Assembly: GCA_937974275.1 (NCBI GenBank)
Contig: CALJIF010000055.1
Coordinates: 23,290 to 87,289, forward strand
Direction: 5' to 3'
Length of the DNA: 64,000 bases
Source: an uncultured Flavobacteriales bacterium
GTDB taxonomy: Bacteria > Bacteroidota > Bacteroidia > Palsa-965
The notes beneath the pieces were generated by a model that was given only the letters and a program-made list of their open reading frames with translations, ran no database searches and was not told the DNA's origin. Below, in pieces: positions 30,751 through 41,074 of this stretch; the first letter of the stretch is position 1, and each line of letters opens with the position of its first letter. The position numbers and the translations under genes were made by a program.

Positions 30751-32943
30751 CTATTTTACAAGCTTCAGAACATCACGATTAACTTGAACAGGATATTTCG
30801 CTTTTAACGATTCAACCCACTCACGCTCCAAACGATTTTGATAATCTGTTGTGATGACACCACGAGCTTCCTGAAGCGTTTTCGGCTTAGGCTGCTGAAC
30901 TTCGTACGTATGCACAAATGTTACTCGATTATCTTTCATTTGATCCGCTGATGTGCCTGCCTTCCAGTTGCCGTCAACAGCAGCATTTTCGCCCTTTGTC
31001 CACAACTTACGTTCAGCTTGTACATTTAACTGAGAGTCTTTATTTACCTCAGCCAAAATCTCCTTTTCAGTTTTGCCTTTGCTGATCATCTTGCGAACCA
31101 TTTTCGCAGTCTTGGCATCTTTACAAGAATACACAACAGCATCGGCACGCTCCGGCCACAAATAATTGTTCTTATTCCCTTCATAGAAAGTCCGAAGTCC
31201 TACCGTATCTTTTACTGCTTTCGACCACACACGCTGATCCATTAAGTCGAACAACAAAATTCCATCACGATATTCCTGCATCAGATATCCGAATTCTGCA
31301 TACTTCTTTTCCAATTTGCTATCCTCCAAAGTAATGCACATCTCGTTAACGTATGCCGTGTATGAATCATCCACCAGTTTCTTAAGCTCTGTTTTGGCAC
31401 GACGCACCTGCTGAGATTCCATCCACACCGCAAAGTCCATCTGCGTGTAGTTTTTACCACCCAGCGTAAACAACACTTTGTTCATTCCCTTCGCTTTTTC
31501 AGCAGCAACCCACTTGCCCATAAAAATTGTGCTGTCCACAACTTTGTACATCTCAGCTTTTACTTTAGGGTATTCTACAAAAGCATTTTCCTTTTTCACT
31601 GCTTCTATCAATGCTGTTTTGCCTTGCTGTCCGCGTTGATCACGATTACAACGTGCTTTAATATCATTCTTGGATTGTTCGAAAGTGGGCACCATTCTGC
31701 GATCCAATCGCTTCACGATGTGCCATCCCCAATCCGTTTTAACCGGCTCGGAATAATCACCGTTGTTTTGTAAACCAAAAGCTGCCTTTTCAAATGGAGC
31801 AGGCATTTTGTACAAACCAAACCATGGCATTTCACCTCCTTTTGCAGCTGATGGTTTGTCATCGGAAAACTGACGCGCCAATGTTGCGAAGTCTTCTCCT
31901 GCCTTAACCTTACCGTAAATTTCATCAATCTTATTTTTTGCATTGATGGAATCCTGAGTTGCCATTCCCATTGGAGCTTTAACCATGATGTGCGCCACCA
32001 AAACTTCTCCTTGCGCAGGACGACGATCATGTACATACACCAAGTGATATCCGTAACGCGTGCGTGCAGGACCGCCGATTTTACCGACCGGAGTATTATA
32101 GCACAACGTTTCGAACTGATACACCATAGAGAAAGCTGTAAAATATCCTAAATCACCACGATTCTGACGTGCAGACTCATCTTCAGACGCCATAAATGCC
32201 ACATCATCAAACGGCGCAGGTTTGCCACGATACTTGCGCTCCAATTGTTTCAACGGATTCACCAAATTATACACGCGCAAAGTATCAGAAGGCGAAGATT
32301 CTTTTGAGATTTTATATTTCGCCTTAAGCTTTGCTTCATAGTCGGCAATTTGCTTGGATACCGGCTTTCCTGCCAGCAAACCTTGAATGATATTGATTTT
32401 AGTGTAGGCGATATCCGTGTCTTTCGGAAGCGAATTTTCATCCAAACGAATCAGGATATGACTCGCACGAATATCTTCTTTCATACGATTGTATGCCTCG
32501 AGATATAAACTGTCATTCACCTTCTTGTCTGTCAAATATGGTTGCGCCACCTGACGGCGATAGCCAGCCAATTCATTCTTAAAAGCTGCAGAAGTATCCA
32601 TTTTCAGATCCTGAGCCTCTTTCACTTTCATCTTAAACGTCGTGAAGAGATCGAGATAGTTATTTAAAGCAGTAGTATCACCTGCCTGATCCTTGTTATT
32701 CTTTTTGTACACGTACATGAACTCACCCAAAGTAACCTTGGTGTCTCCAATAGTCATTAAGACCAAATTGGCCGTATCAACTCCGGCAACTTTAGGTTGC
32801 GGGCTTCCGGGAGCCGGCATCTGTTTCTGAGGAGCAGCCTTTTGCGAAGTAGTTTGTGTGGGTCTGGAGGTGTCTTTCTGCTGAGCAAATCCGTAAGTGC
32901 ACCCAACAGCGGCAACAACAAGAGCTAAAATCGACTTTTTCAT
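30751..32943 (-). CDS. large PpiC-type peptidyl-prolyl cis-trans isomerase (SurA/PpiD-like)
   Basis: Start at MKKSILALVVAAVGCTYGFAQQ. PpiC rotamase segments (SHILIRL…, GYHLVYVHDRR…) sit between long chaperone-like regions. Confidence 0.75.
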   Translation of the reverse strand: MKKSILALVVAAVGCTYGFAQQKDTSRPTQTTSQKAAPQKQMPAPGSPQPKVAGVDTANLVLMTIGDTKVTLGEFMYVYKKNNKDQAGDTTALNNYLDLFTTFKMKVKEAQDLKMDTSAAFKNELAGYRRQVAQPYLTDKKVNDSLYLEAYNRMKEDIRASHILIRLDENSLPKDTDIAYTKINIIQGLLAGKPVSKQIADYEAKLKAKYKISKESSPSDTLRVYNLVNPLKQLERKYRGKPAPFDDVAFMASEDESARQNRGDLGYFTAFSMVYQFETLCYNTPVGKIGGPARTRYGYHLVYVHDRRPAQGEVLVAHIMVKAPMGMATQDSINAKNKIDEIYGKVKAGEDFATLARQFSDDKPSAAKGGEMPWFGLYKMPAPFEKAAFGLQNNGDYSEPVKTDWGWHIVKRLDRRMVPTFEQSKNDIKARCNRDQRGQQGKTALIEAVKKENAFVEYPKVKAEMYKVVDSTIFMGKWVAAEKAKGMNKVLFTLGGKNYTQMDFAVWMESQQVRRAKTELKKLVDDSYTAYVNEMCITLEDSKLEKKYAEFGYLMQEYRDGILLFDLMDQRVWSKAVKDTVGLRTFYEGNKNNYLWPERADAVVYSCKDAKTAKMVRKMISKGKTEKEILAEVNKDSQLNVQAERKLWTKGENAAVDGNWKAGTSADQMKDNRVTFVHTYEVQQPKPKTLQEARGVITTDYQNRLEREWVESLKAKYPVQVNRDVLKLVK

Positions 32944-33034
32944 AAATATGTACTGAGATTTTTTGAGAAGAGCAAAAGTACTGATTATGAGAGAAACAGC
33001 CAACCATTAAAGTGGGCTAATCCAAACGAATTTA

Positions 33035-33042
33035 TACCTTTG
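33035..33042 (+). promoter_or_regulatory. -7 element TAccTTTG in a divergent intergenic region
   Basis: 31 bp upstream of the lipoprotein ATG at 33073. The PPIase operon diverges on the minus strand. Confidence 0.4.
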
Positions 33043-33072
33043 CGCCGTTCTTAGATAAACCCTTATACCACT

Positions 33073-33933
33073 ATGAGATTTACGACATTAACCTTAGCAG
33101 CAGCTTTTGCCTTTGCGGCATGTAGTAACGACAAGCCGGAAAACAATGATACCGATACACTCAAAGGCGATTCGACCGGTGTAACCGTGGAAGTAGACAA
33201 CGAAGGAAGCAAGACCACGTTGCCATCTCCTTTGCGCGTTGCCATGATGTTTCAGCGCAGCGGACTGAAATTTATTCCGGGCATCACCTTCGGATCTGAC
33301 AAGGCGATTAACTTCTCAACGAAATTTCAGAAAGCCCGCATTATGGGTGTGTACAGTTCGGATTTAGCTTACACGGTCCTTAATAAGCAGTCGAATGAGT
33401 CGCAGAAGCTTTTGAAAACTATCCGCGAAGTTGCAGGACAAATAGATTTGGGAAAAGTATTTGACCAAACCAACTTGTATGACCGTTTCAACGCGAATTT
33501 GGACAATACCGACTCGTTGGGAGGAATTATCGGCGATATTCAATATCAAACCGATTTACAGTTGCAAGCAGGTGGGCAAACAGAGATGTATGGCATCATT
33601 TTTTCAGGAGCTTGGGTGGAAGCCATGTATATCGGAGCTCAGGTGTATAAAAAAGAAGGCAATGACAACGTGGTACTGGCATTGTTAGAGCAAATGGCGG
33701 TTCTGAAGAGCATTTTGGAAGAATTGAATTCATACAATACACAAGACGCGGATTTAAAAGCATGGATTGCTGAATTATCGGCTCTTCAAACTATAGTGGA
33801 TGCAATGCCTTCTATCAAGAAGTTGAATGAAAATCCGGATTTGGAATTTAAAGATGTGAAGCCTACTTCAGAAGAGATGGCTCCTGTGATTCAGAAAATT
33901 GAAGAATTACGAGCAGCAATTGTGAAAGGATAA
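33073..33933 (+). CDS. hypothetical lipoprotein (286 aa)
   Basis: Lipobox AFAAC|S directly after the N-terminal hydrophobic segment. A TAccTTTG element lies 31 bp upstream. Confidence 0.55.
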   Translation: MRFTTLTLAAAFAFAACSNDKPENNDTDTLKGDSTGVTVEVDNEGSKTTLPSPLRVAMMFQRSGLKFIPGITFGSDKAINFSTKFQKARIMGVYSSDLAYTVLNKQSNESQKLLKTIREVAGQIDLGKVFDQTNLYDRFNANLDNTDSLGGIIGDIQYQTDLQLQAGGQTEMYGIIFSGAWVEAMYIGAQVYKKEGNDNVVLALLEQMAVLKSILEELNSYNTQDADLKAWIAELSALQTIVDAMPSIKKLNENPDLEFKDVKPTSEEMAPVIQKIEELRAAIVKG

Positions 33934-33951
33934 TTAAAAAACTAAAGCCCT

Positions 33952-34419
33952 ATGAAAAGATTTGCATTTATCCTGATTCCATGTGCCGTTGTAGTAATGG
34001 CCTTGACTACTGCAGCCGTTCAGCAAGCTGAAATTTGCGATACCAAAGCACTTAAAGAAGCTGCAAAAAACAAACTGAGCCCTTATAACTACGATAGCGG
34101 AAAAGTAACCAAGCTGACTTACAAGAATAAGCCACAGTTAAAAGAGATTGAAGTTCCGGTCTTCATCGGAGAAAAATATCGTATGGTATTTAACATGAGT
34201 GGAATTACGCGTGGGGTTGTGGTGACTGTCTTTAACAAAGACAAGGAAGCTAAAAATCGCAAAGCGTTATGGTCATCTAAAGACGCGAAAGCTGAAGGTG
34301 GATTATACAGCTTCGAACCGGAAGGCGGCAAGTTCAAATTTTATGTGGACTACGAAATTCCGGCGGTACAAGACTCTGCTAAAGCTGAATGTGCAGTTTT
34401 CATGCTGGGATACAAGTAA
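33952..34419 (+). CDS. secreted hypothetical protein (155 aa)
   Basis: Signal peptide, followed by an intrinsic terminator. Confidence 0.5.
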   Translation: MKRFAFILIPCAVVVMALTTAAVQQAEICDTKALKEAAKNKLSPYNYDSGKVTKLTYKNKPQLKEIEVPVFIGEKYRMVFNMSGITRGVVVTVFNKDKEAKNRKALWSSKDAKAEGGLYSFEPEGGKFKFYVDYEIPAVQDSAKAECAVFMLGYK

Positions 34420-34438
34420 CCCATTTTGCGAATGTTTT

Positions 34439-34466
34439 AAAGGCTTGCTTCGGCAGGCCTTTTTTA
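34439..34466 (+). terminator. intrinsic terminator
   Basis: AAAGGCTTGC-ttcg-GCAGGCCTTT (one G-U pair) followed by TTTTTT. Confidence 0.6.
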
Positions 34467-34718
34467 TGCTCTATTGTTAATAAGTGAAGAAGCTCGTACA
34501 AGAGTCGGCTATTAACAATTTCAACTCGACATTTGCGCCACGATATTTCGCAACCATCAAGGACTGCAGCGCTAATTCGCTCCGGTTATCAACAGGCACA
34601 GAACCACTTTTCGTAACAACATTTAACAAAAGGGTGTAGATAACTACGAAACCACCTCCTGAAGTGCTGTGATGCATAAATCTATTTTTGATCGCATCAA
34701 CCTACCAACAGAAGCATT

Positions 34719-35039
34719 ATGCTATACGGAGCACTCGAAATGTCAACAGGAGTTAAGATTATCGCAGTTAATGGCGAACGTGTCATTAACGGTAATCATG
34801 GCTATCACGATGCCGAAATTGAAAAGTGGGTCCAATTTAAATTTACCGAGGTTTCCGAACCTTTGGCTCAGGTGTGGACAGGTATTCCATTCCAATTTAT
34901 TTCTCGCCTGGAAGAATTAAACGAGGGGCGTCCGGTGCGAAATTACGCGCTGAGACAACTTGCCGAAACCATTCTGGAACATAATCCGGAATTTGATCCT
35001 GCTACCGACTATCTCTACATCTGTGGAGATCCCGAATAA
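34719..35039 (+). CDS. hypothetical protein (106 aa)
   Basis: ORF ending 25 bp before a bidirectional terminator. The start is uncertain. Confidence 0.35.
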   Translation: MLYGALEMSTGVKIIAVNGERVINGNHGYHDAEIEKWVQFKFTEVSEPLAQVWTGIPFQFISRLEELNEGRPVRNYALRQLAETILEHNPEFDPATDYLYICGDPE

Positions 35040-35062
35040 GAATGTGTTGATTTAGTTGTTTG

Positions 35063-35100
35063 TTTCAAAAGACCCTGACTGAACGGGGTCTTTTATTTTT
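35063..35100. terminator. bidirectional intrinsic terminator shared by convergent genes
   Basis: AAAAGACCC-tgactgaacg-GGGTCTTTT, with T-runs on both strands (…tgtttc AAAA on the left, TTTTATTTTT on the right). Confidence 0.7.
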
Positions 35101-35800
35101 GGTGCTTGGATTCACCACCCATCAATGCATACTGAATCAGGTTGGCACCCATACGTAACGCTTTCAGTCGTGCATCGGGCGAATCATTATGAACTTCAGG
35201 ACTTTCCCATCCATCGCCCAAATCACATTCGAAATCGTAAAAACAAACTAAACGTCCTTGCCACACCAGTCCAAATCCTTGAGGTGGTTTTTTGTCGTGC
35301 TCGTGTACTTTCGGTAAACCATTCGGGAAGTCGTATTTCTGGTGATATATTTTGTGTGAGAATGGCAGTTCAATAAAATCCAGCTCGGGAAATACCTTCT
35401 TCATTTGCGGACGGATAAATTTATCCATGCCGTAGTTATCACTGATGTGAAGAAATCCTCCACCAATTAAATAATTGCGCAGGTTGGTAGCTTCCTGATT
35501 ACTTAAAATAATATTACCGTGTCCGGTTAAATGAATAAACGGATAGTTAAATAATTCGCTACTGCCAACTTCGACTATAGCCTGCTCCGGATTGATTTTT
35601 GTTCCTAAATTTTCATTACAAAACTTAATCAAGTTGGGGAGTGATGTTTCGAGATTGGAATACCAGTCGCCACCACCGTTGTATTTAACCAGTCCCAGTT
35701 GACAGCTGTATGGCGGAGCAGGAGAGCGAAATCCGACCAATAGCAGTCCCACTAACAAGATGGTGATGGCATGTAGCTTATGTTTTGTTGGAATAATCAT
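35093..35800 (-). CDS. DUF4159-like secreted protein
   Basis: Signal peptide plus GGGDWY…FIHLTGHGN…GGFLHISDNYGMD. Memory-based match to DUF4159. The start abuts the stop of the upstream sensor gene. Confidence 0.5.
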   Translation of the reverse strand: MIIPTKHKLHAITILLVGLLLVGFRSPAPPYSCQLGLVKYNGGGDWYSNLETSLPNLIKFCNENLGTKINPEQAIVEVGSSELFNYPFIHLTGHGNIILSNQEATNLRNYLIGGGFLHISDNYGMDKFIRPQMKKVFPELDFIELPFSHKIYHQKYDFPNGLPKVHEHDKKPPQGFGLVWQGRLVCFYDFECDLGDGWESPEVHNDSPDARLKALRMGANLIQYALMGGESKHQK

Positions 35801-38800
35801 TTAAGAAATTTTTATACCAATTATACAAATATCGTCGGTTTGAGGTGCATTCTTTTGCCATTCACGCAATCGACGTAACAGTTCCTCTTTCTGCTCAGCC
35901 AAAGGCAAATGATGAATATCCAGCAAAATTTCCCGGAAAACACGCTGAGACATTTTTCGATCGGAATCTCCACCAAATTGATCCGCGTAACCATCGGAGA
36001 ACATATACAACACATCACCGCTCTGCAAATCACTTTCCTGATTGGTAAACGGACGGAATTTATTATCGAAATAGCTTCCGATAGAGAATCGGTTTCCTTT
36101 GGATTGTATCAGCATTCCGTCCCGAACTACGTACAACGGATTGATAGCACCCGCAAATTGAACAACGTTTGCCCCATCCTCGAAAACGCATAAGGCTACG
36201 TCCATTCCGTCGCGCAATTCACCTGCTCCTTTGTACTGATTTAACGTATGTTGAATGCCAATATTTAAATAATCCAAAATTGCCGCAGGTCGAATTAAAC
36301 CACGTTCATGAATGGCCTGATTTAATAAGTTGTGCCCCATCAAACTCAATAAAGAACCCGGCACTCCATGTCCTGTTGAATCGACAACAGCGAGATAAGT
36401 GTATTTATCACGACGTTCCACCCAGTAAAAATCACCACTCAATACATCTTTAGGTTGGTATAATACAAAGATGTCGCCAAAGCGTTCCTGAAGATATTCT
36501 TCCGGTGGTAGAATTGCATTTTGAATTCTACGTGCGTATAAAATTGAAGATTGAATATCTTCATTCTTCTGTTCAATGATGTTCAGATAGTTGATTTGCG
36601 CCACAGCAGCAGCCATTGCATCAGCTACTTCTCGAACCATATCTACCATTTCATCGGTAATTCCATTAACAATGCCGCTACCGAAATTAATCGAACCTAA
36701 CAACTTATTCTGGGAGAACAACGGCATAACCAGATATGAGTTAATACCGACTGAAATATTCTCTTCATCGGACATTGACTTAACAGCTTTACCGGTTAAA
36801 TTACCTTCAATAACGTAGTTGTTTTTTAACAAAGCGGGTAAGCTCCCAAATGCATCATACGGTACTTCATGCGTTGAACTATTGTATTGTGCATCCTTCA
36901 ATACAAATTGTATACGAATGGTTTTTGTGTTTTCATCAAGTAAAGCCAACGAAGCTCTTTTTAAATCCGGCAAACGTTGCACTAATGCCCCCAGCACATT
37001 GGTAGCAATTTCCTGAATGGTGTGCGAATGCAATAATTGTTGCTTCGCCATATTCAGGGTTTCCAATCGCACAGAATATGCGTTCAACTGCATTTGGAAT
37101 CGTTTCTTTTCCGTGGTGTCCGTAAATATTTCAATCTGTTTTAAAATACCGCCTCGCTCATCAACGATAGGTGTGTTACTTACGTCAATCCAAATTTCGT
37201 GACCGTCTTTATGATAAACTAAAAACTCTTCATGGAAACCTTCAGCACTACTCGATAAGTTACGCACCTTACGAATCGCATCTCTATCCGTGCGTTCACC
37301 TGCCATAACATCGCCGGGAAGTCGACCTTTTACTTCCTGTAATTCGAATCCGGTGATTCGCGTAAATCCTTCGTTGACCCATTCAATTAGTCCATCGGGG
37401 TCGCATATCAAAACGCCATTAATAGTTTCTGAAGCAACAAGCGATAACTTCTCTAACTCGGCTTCATAATTCTTTTTCTCGGTAATATCTCGCGCAATTG
37501 CTTGAAACCCTGAAATACCGCCGGGTTTTGAATCATCCAATAAAAGGCGCACTGTTTGTCCTATCCAAATCTTCTGCCCTTCTGCCCCAATCATGACAAA
37601 CTCCAAGTACGTATTCACCTGTTTACGTTCAAACTGCTTCTGGTAATGTCCGATTACTTCCTTCTTCCAATCGGGATGAATAATTTCAGAAAAATGTATC
37701 CCGATTAAATCCTTCATTTTGTAACCGGAAATCTTTGTTGCCACCTCATTCAAAAAAGTAAAACGTCCTTTATAATCAGTGGTATAAATGATATCAGTTG
37801 CCGCTTCAACAATGTGTTGGTAACGCGCTTCTATTTCATAACGATCCGTAACATCCTGGCCAATACCAACTTTAATACCTTCAATAATTTCTGTATCCAC
37901 CCACTGAATGTATTTTTTAGTTCCATCTCTGGCGGTAATAGTAGCGACGTAGGTTGGAGATGTTGTAGTTGTTTGTAATATTTTATCCAACATCCGCTTG
38001 TTCTCTTCATCGTCTTTAGTGCGAATTTTCCACCAACCATCTCCCAATAATTCATCTTCACGATAACCCAATATCTTTCGAAAACTGCGACTGGCAAAAA
38101 TGATCTTCCCCGCTTTGTCAGCTGCGATAATCAAACTTTGAGAATTGTTTATGGTACTGTCCGCAAAAATCAAACGGTTGAACATGTTCGATCGAGTGCT
38201 GACACTTAAAAACGCAATTACCAGATCAACTAATACCCCCAGCAACAACAAATACTTGTTATAAGCAGTATTGGATGTGGCTAATATCATGAGCGCAAAC
38301 GTCAACAACAATACAAGTGCAGAAAAAACAACTGCAGATTTATTGTTGTCCAAAATAAATCCGGCTCCGCTTAAGACAACCATCAGCGTAATCACAAATA
38401 CCGGATCAAGATTATTGATATGACATAAATAAAACGTGTGCAATACAATTGCTCCATAGCCCAAATGCGCTATGATTCGGACGATTTTATTCAACGATGA
38501 ATTTGAGTAGGACAGAACACCGATTACAATCATGACTGCTCCAATCGAAATTTGAATTGGGTGTTGATAGTCAATGTGATCAGCAAAAATGGAACAGATC
38601 AAACCTGATAGCGGATAAACAGCTCCTCCCAGCATCAGCATTACACGCCCTACAGTTCTTTGATAATTGTAATAGGTAATGTGCTCGCGGATAAAATCGG
38701 CACGCATACGCTGGTAGTAAAAGAGCAGGAATACGGATACTATTCCGACAACGACAATTACAATCAGGAAAAACCACCAAGTGGACCAGAACGGAGGCTG

Positions 38801-41017
38801 AATAGTAAAACGATACTCAATTGGATTACTGATAATTTTATGCGTATTGAGCGCCCGCACCTGCAATACATAATCTCCCGATGGCAAATTCGTTAATGCA
38901 ATGAGCGCGCTACTCCCGATGGACAGCCAATTAGTGTCGCGTCCTACTAAACGGTACTGATATTCGAGTTCAACACCTGCACCGAATTCAATACCGGTAA
39001 CTTTAAACGTAAGGTTGTTTTTATTCCAAGGTAACTTTAAGTTGAGCGGTAGTCCGGATTTGGATAGTGAATCAGCATAGTCACTCCAATTGGTCTCCGC
39101 GTTGTTTAATGTAATCGCTTTGAATTGAACGTTGGGCACAATGGCAAATCGTGCGCTTTTTGCGGGATGATAAATAATAACACCATCAGAACTTCCTATC
39201 CAAACCACGCCTTCCGTATCAATGAAAAGTGCGCCGGGTGAAAAATTTGACGTGCCAATTCCATCTTTATAATAAAAGTGACGGATGTACTGTGTATCAT
39301 TCGCAAGTGTGATTTCATCTAAGCCTAAAACAGTAAGCACATAAAAACCTTTTGCCCCATTTCTCGCAACGCCTTCTGTGTAGTTACTCCCTAATCCTTC
39401 TGATTTGTCAATCAGCTGTCCCTTATGATTGACTCTATTGTACCTCCATAAACCTCGGCTTTTTGTAGAGAAATAAATAAACTTTTCATCGCCATCTACA
39501 TCATAAATTGGCTCAAGTGGAAATCCTTTTTTGGTAATGGTATGCGGACGCACAGCGTTTCCATTCTCCATTTTGAGCAGCCCCTTGTCAGTACCAAGCC
39601 AGATCGTGCCTTCATTATCTTCATATAACGACCAAATCGGATTGCGTTGTAAAATATTTCCCGTGTTTACCTGTTCAATTTTATTGTTGTTGAATCGGAA
39701 TAAACCGTTGCTGACTGTACCTATCCATACAGATCCATCGTTGGTGTACAGCAAACTGATTATTTCACCTAATTCGGTTTCAGGTCCCGGCTGATGAACT
39801 TTTACTTTATCGTCTCGTATTTCAACAAGCGAACCATCCATGGCGCCGGCATAGATCGTGGAACCGTTCGCGCATATCGAGCTCATTCGAGGATAAGCGA
39901 TACCTTCTTTTTCACCATACACTTTTAAATCGACACCGTCATACATGACAACACCTCGTAATGTTGCCATCCAAATATTGCCGGATGCATCTTGTGTTAC
40001 GGAACGCACATCGTTACTCGGCAAACCATCCTGAACCGTAAGTTTTGTAAAAGCATCACCGTAATACATGATAAGCCCCGCATTGAAGCTTCCCATCCAG
40101 ATATCGCCTCTATTATCAGATGAAATGGTGAGAATCACATCATCAAACAATCCATTGTGTTTACCAAAATGTTTGAAGACACCATTCGTATAACTTAAAA
40201 CACCTTCACCCCATGTGCCAAACCACACAGTGCCGGACAAATCACGATGAGCACAAGTGATGTAATTTACTTTTGCATATTCCGGAAGTTGAAGTTGTGT
40301 AATCAAATTACCGTCGAAACTATAGATACCATCACCTGAAGTACCAATTAAAATTTCACCGCCGTCAAGCTCTACTAATCCCCGGATACGGGCAGCAGCA
40401 AGTTTGTCTTGTTCCGGAAATGTACGATTCGTGAACTTATTCAAAGAATAGTCTATTTGGAACAAGCCGTTGCGATCGGTTCCCAGCCATAACCTGTTTT
40501 TAGAATCGAGCAGCATAGTGCGCACTGCAAGATTGTCCGCAGGAGTACCCGTATTTACTTTAACAACGGTATTACCAACAATTTTATATAATCCATTATC
40601 GGTTGCCAGCAAGATCATCTTGGATGCTGTTGCAAACGAATACACTTTTGTAAAACGATTTGTGCCTTGTTGAATTAACGGCTTAAACACCCCTCCGGTA
40701 TACAACGCTACGCCTTTGTCCGTGGCAAAGTATAATCCTTCAGGGGCTTCTGTAATTGCTGTAACTTCATTACCGGGCAAGCCGGATGACATATCGAATA
40801 CATCAAACTCCTTTCCATCAAAACGACACAAACCACCCTCAGTGCCGATCCAAACAAATCCTGACTTATCCTGATAAATACTCAACACCTGAGAGTGCGG
40901 TAATCCGGTGCTTACGTTGTATTGAAGAAAATTATATTGCTGTGCAAAAACGGGACAGACAACACTAAGAAGTGCTATCACAACTGCATAAAGAATCGCC
41001 CGATTTCGTAATATCAT
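35801..41017 (-). CDS. multi-sensor signalling protein: periplasmic two-component-regulator propeller (Reg_prop) + Y_Y_Y domain, multi-TM block, PAS/GAF domains, C-terminal PP2C/SpoIIE serine phosphatase
   Basis: 1738 aa. Signal peptide, then repeated ~45-aa propeller blades, a Y_Y_Y segment ending at WWFFLIVIVVVGIV, 6-7 further TM helices, three PAS-like blocks, and a PP2C motif set (DFYWV…VVDSTGHGV…DD(I)C). Confidence 0.85.
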   Translation of the reverse strand: MILRNRAILYAVVIALLSVVCPVFAQQYNFLQYNVSTGLPHSQVLSIYQDKSGFVWIGTEGGLCRFDGKEFDVFDMSSGLPGNEVTAITEAPEGLYFATDKGVALYTGGVFKPLIQQGTNRFTKVYSFATASKMILLATDNGLYKIVGNTVVKVNTGTPADNLAVRTMLLDSKNRLWLGTDRNGLFQIDYSLNKFTNRTFPEQDKLAAARIRGLVELDGGEILIGTSGDGIYSFDGNLITQLQLPEYAKVNYITCAHRDLSGTVWFGTWGEGVLSYTNGVFKHFGKHNGLFDDVILTISSDNRGDIWMGSFNAGLIMYYGDAFTKLTVQDGLPSNDVRSVTQDASGNIWMATLRGVVMYDGVDLKVYGEKEGIAYPRMSSICANGSTIYAGAMDGSLVEIRDDKVKVHQPGPETELGEIISLLYTNDGSVWIGTVSNGLFRFNNNKIEQVNTGNILQRNPIWSLYEDNEGTIWLGTDKGLLKMENGNAVRPHTITKKGFPLEPIYDVDGDEKFIYFSTKSRGLWRYNRVNHKGQLIDKSEGLGSNYTEGVARNGAKGFYVLTVLGLDEITLANDTQYIRHFYYKDGIGTSNFSPGALFIDTEGVVWIGSSDGVIIYHPAKSARFAIVPNVQFKAITLNNAETNWSDYADSLSKSGLPLNLKLPWNKNNLTFKVTGIEFGAGVELEYQYRLVGRDTNWLSIGSSALIALTNLPSGDYVLQVRALNTHKIISNPIEYRFTIQPPFWSTWWFFLIVIVVVGIVSVFLLFYYQRMRADFIREHITYYNYQRTVGRVMLMLGGAVYPLSGLICSIFADHIDYQHPIQISIGAVMIVIGVLSYSNSSLNKIVRIIAHLGYGAIVLHTFYLCHINNLDPVFVITLMVVLSGAGFILDNNKSAVVFSALVLLLTFALMILATSNTAYNKYLLLLGVLVDLVIAFLSVSTRSNMFNRLIFADSTINNSQSLIIAADKAGKIIFASRSFRKILGYREDELLGDGWWKIRTKDDEENKRMLDKILQTTTTSPTYVATITARDGTKKYIQWVDTEIIEGIKVGIGQDVTDRYEIEARYQHIVEAATDIIYTTDYKGRFTFLNEVATKISGYKMKDLIGIHFSEIIHPDWKKEVIGHYQKQFERKQVNTYLEFVMIGAEGQKIWIGQTVRLLLDDSKPGGISGFQAIARDITEKKNYEAELEKLSLVASETINGVLICDPDGLIEWVNEGFTRITGFELQEVKGRLPGDVMAGERTDRDAIRKVRNLSSSAEGFHEEFLVYHKDGHEIWIDVSNTPIVDERGGILKQIEIFTDTTEKKRFQMQLNAYSVRLETLNMAKQQLLHSHTIQEIATNVLGALVQRLPDLKRASLALLDENTKTIRIQFVLKDAQYNSSTHEVPYDAFGSLPALLKNNYVIEGNLTGKAVKSMSDEENISVGINSYLVMPLFSQNKLLGSINFGSGIVNGITDEMVDMVREVADAMAAAVAQINYLNIIEQKNEDIQSSILYARRIQNAILPPEEYLQERFGDIFVLYQPKDVLSGDFYWVERRDKYTYLAVVDSTGHGVPGSLLSLMGHNLLNQAIHERGLIRPAAILDYLNIGIQHTLNQYKGAGELRDGMDVALCVFEDGANVVQFAGAINPLYVVRDGMLIQSKGNRFSIGSYFDNKFRPFTNQESDLQSGDVLYMFSDGYADQFGGDSDRKMSQRVFREILLDIHHLPLAEQKEELLRRLREWQKNAPQTDDICIIGIKIS

Positions 41018-41074
41018 GGTAACCTCTAAAGATAACTATTCCGATTTAGCTGTAACACTCGTTAAGCCGCAAGT

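Noticed and set aside
35821-40968. Many short ORFs on both strands inside the 5.2-kb sensor-PP2C gene
   Set aside because: The sensor-PP2C reading frame is continuous with coherent domain order. The embedded ORFs have no start context or features.
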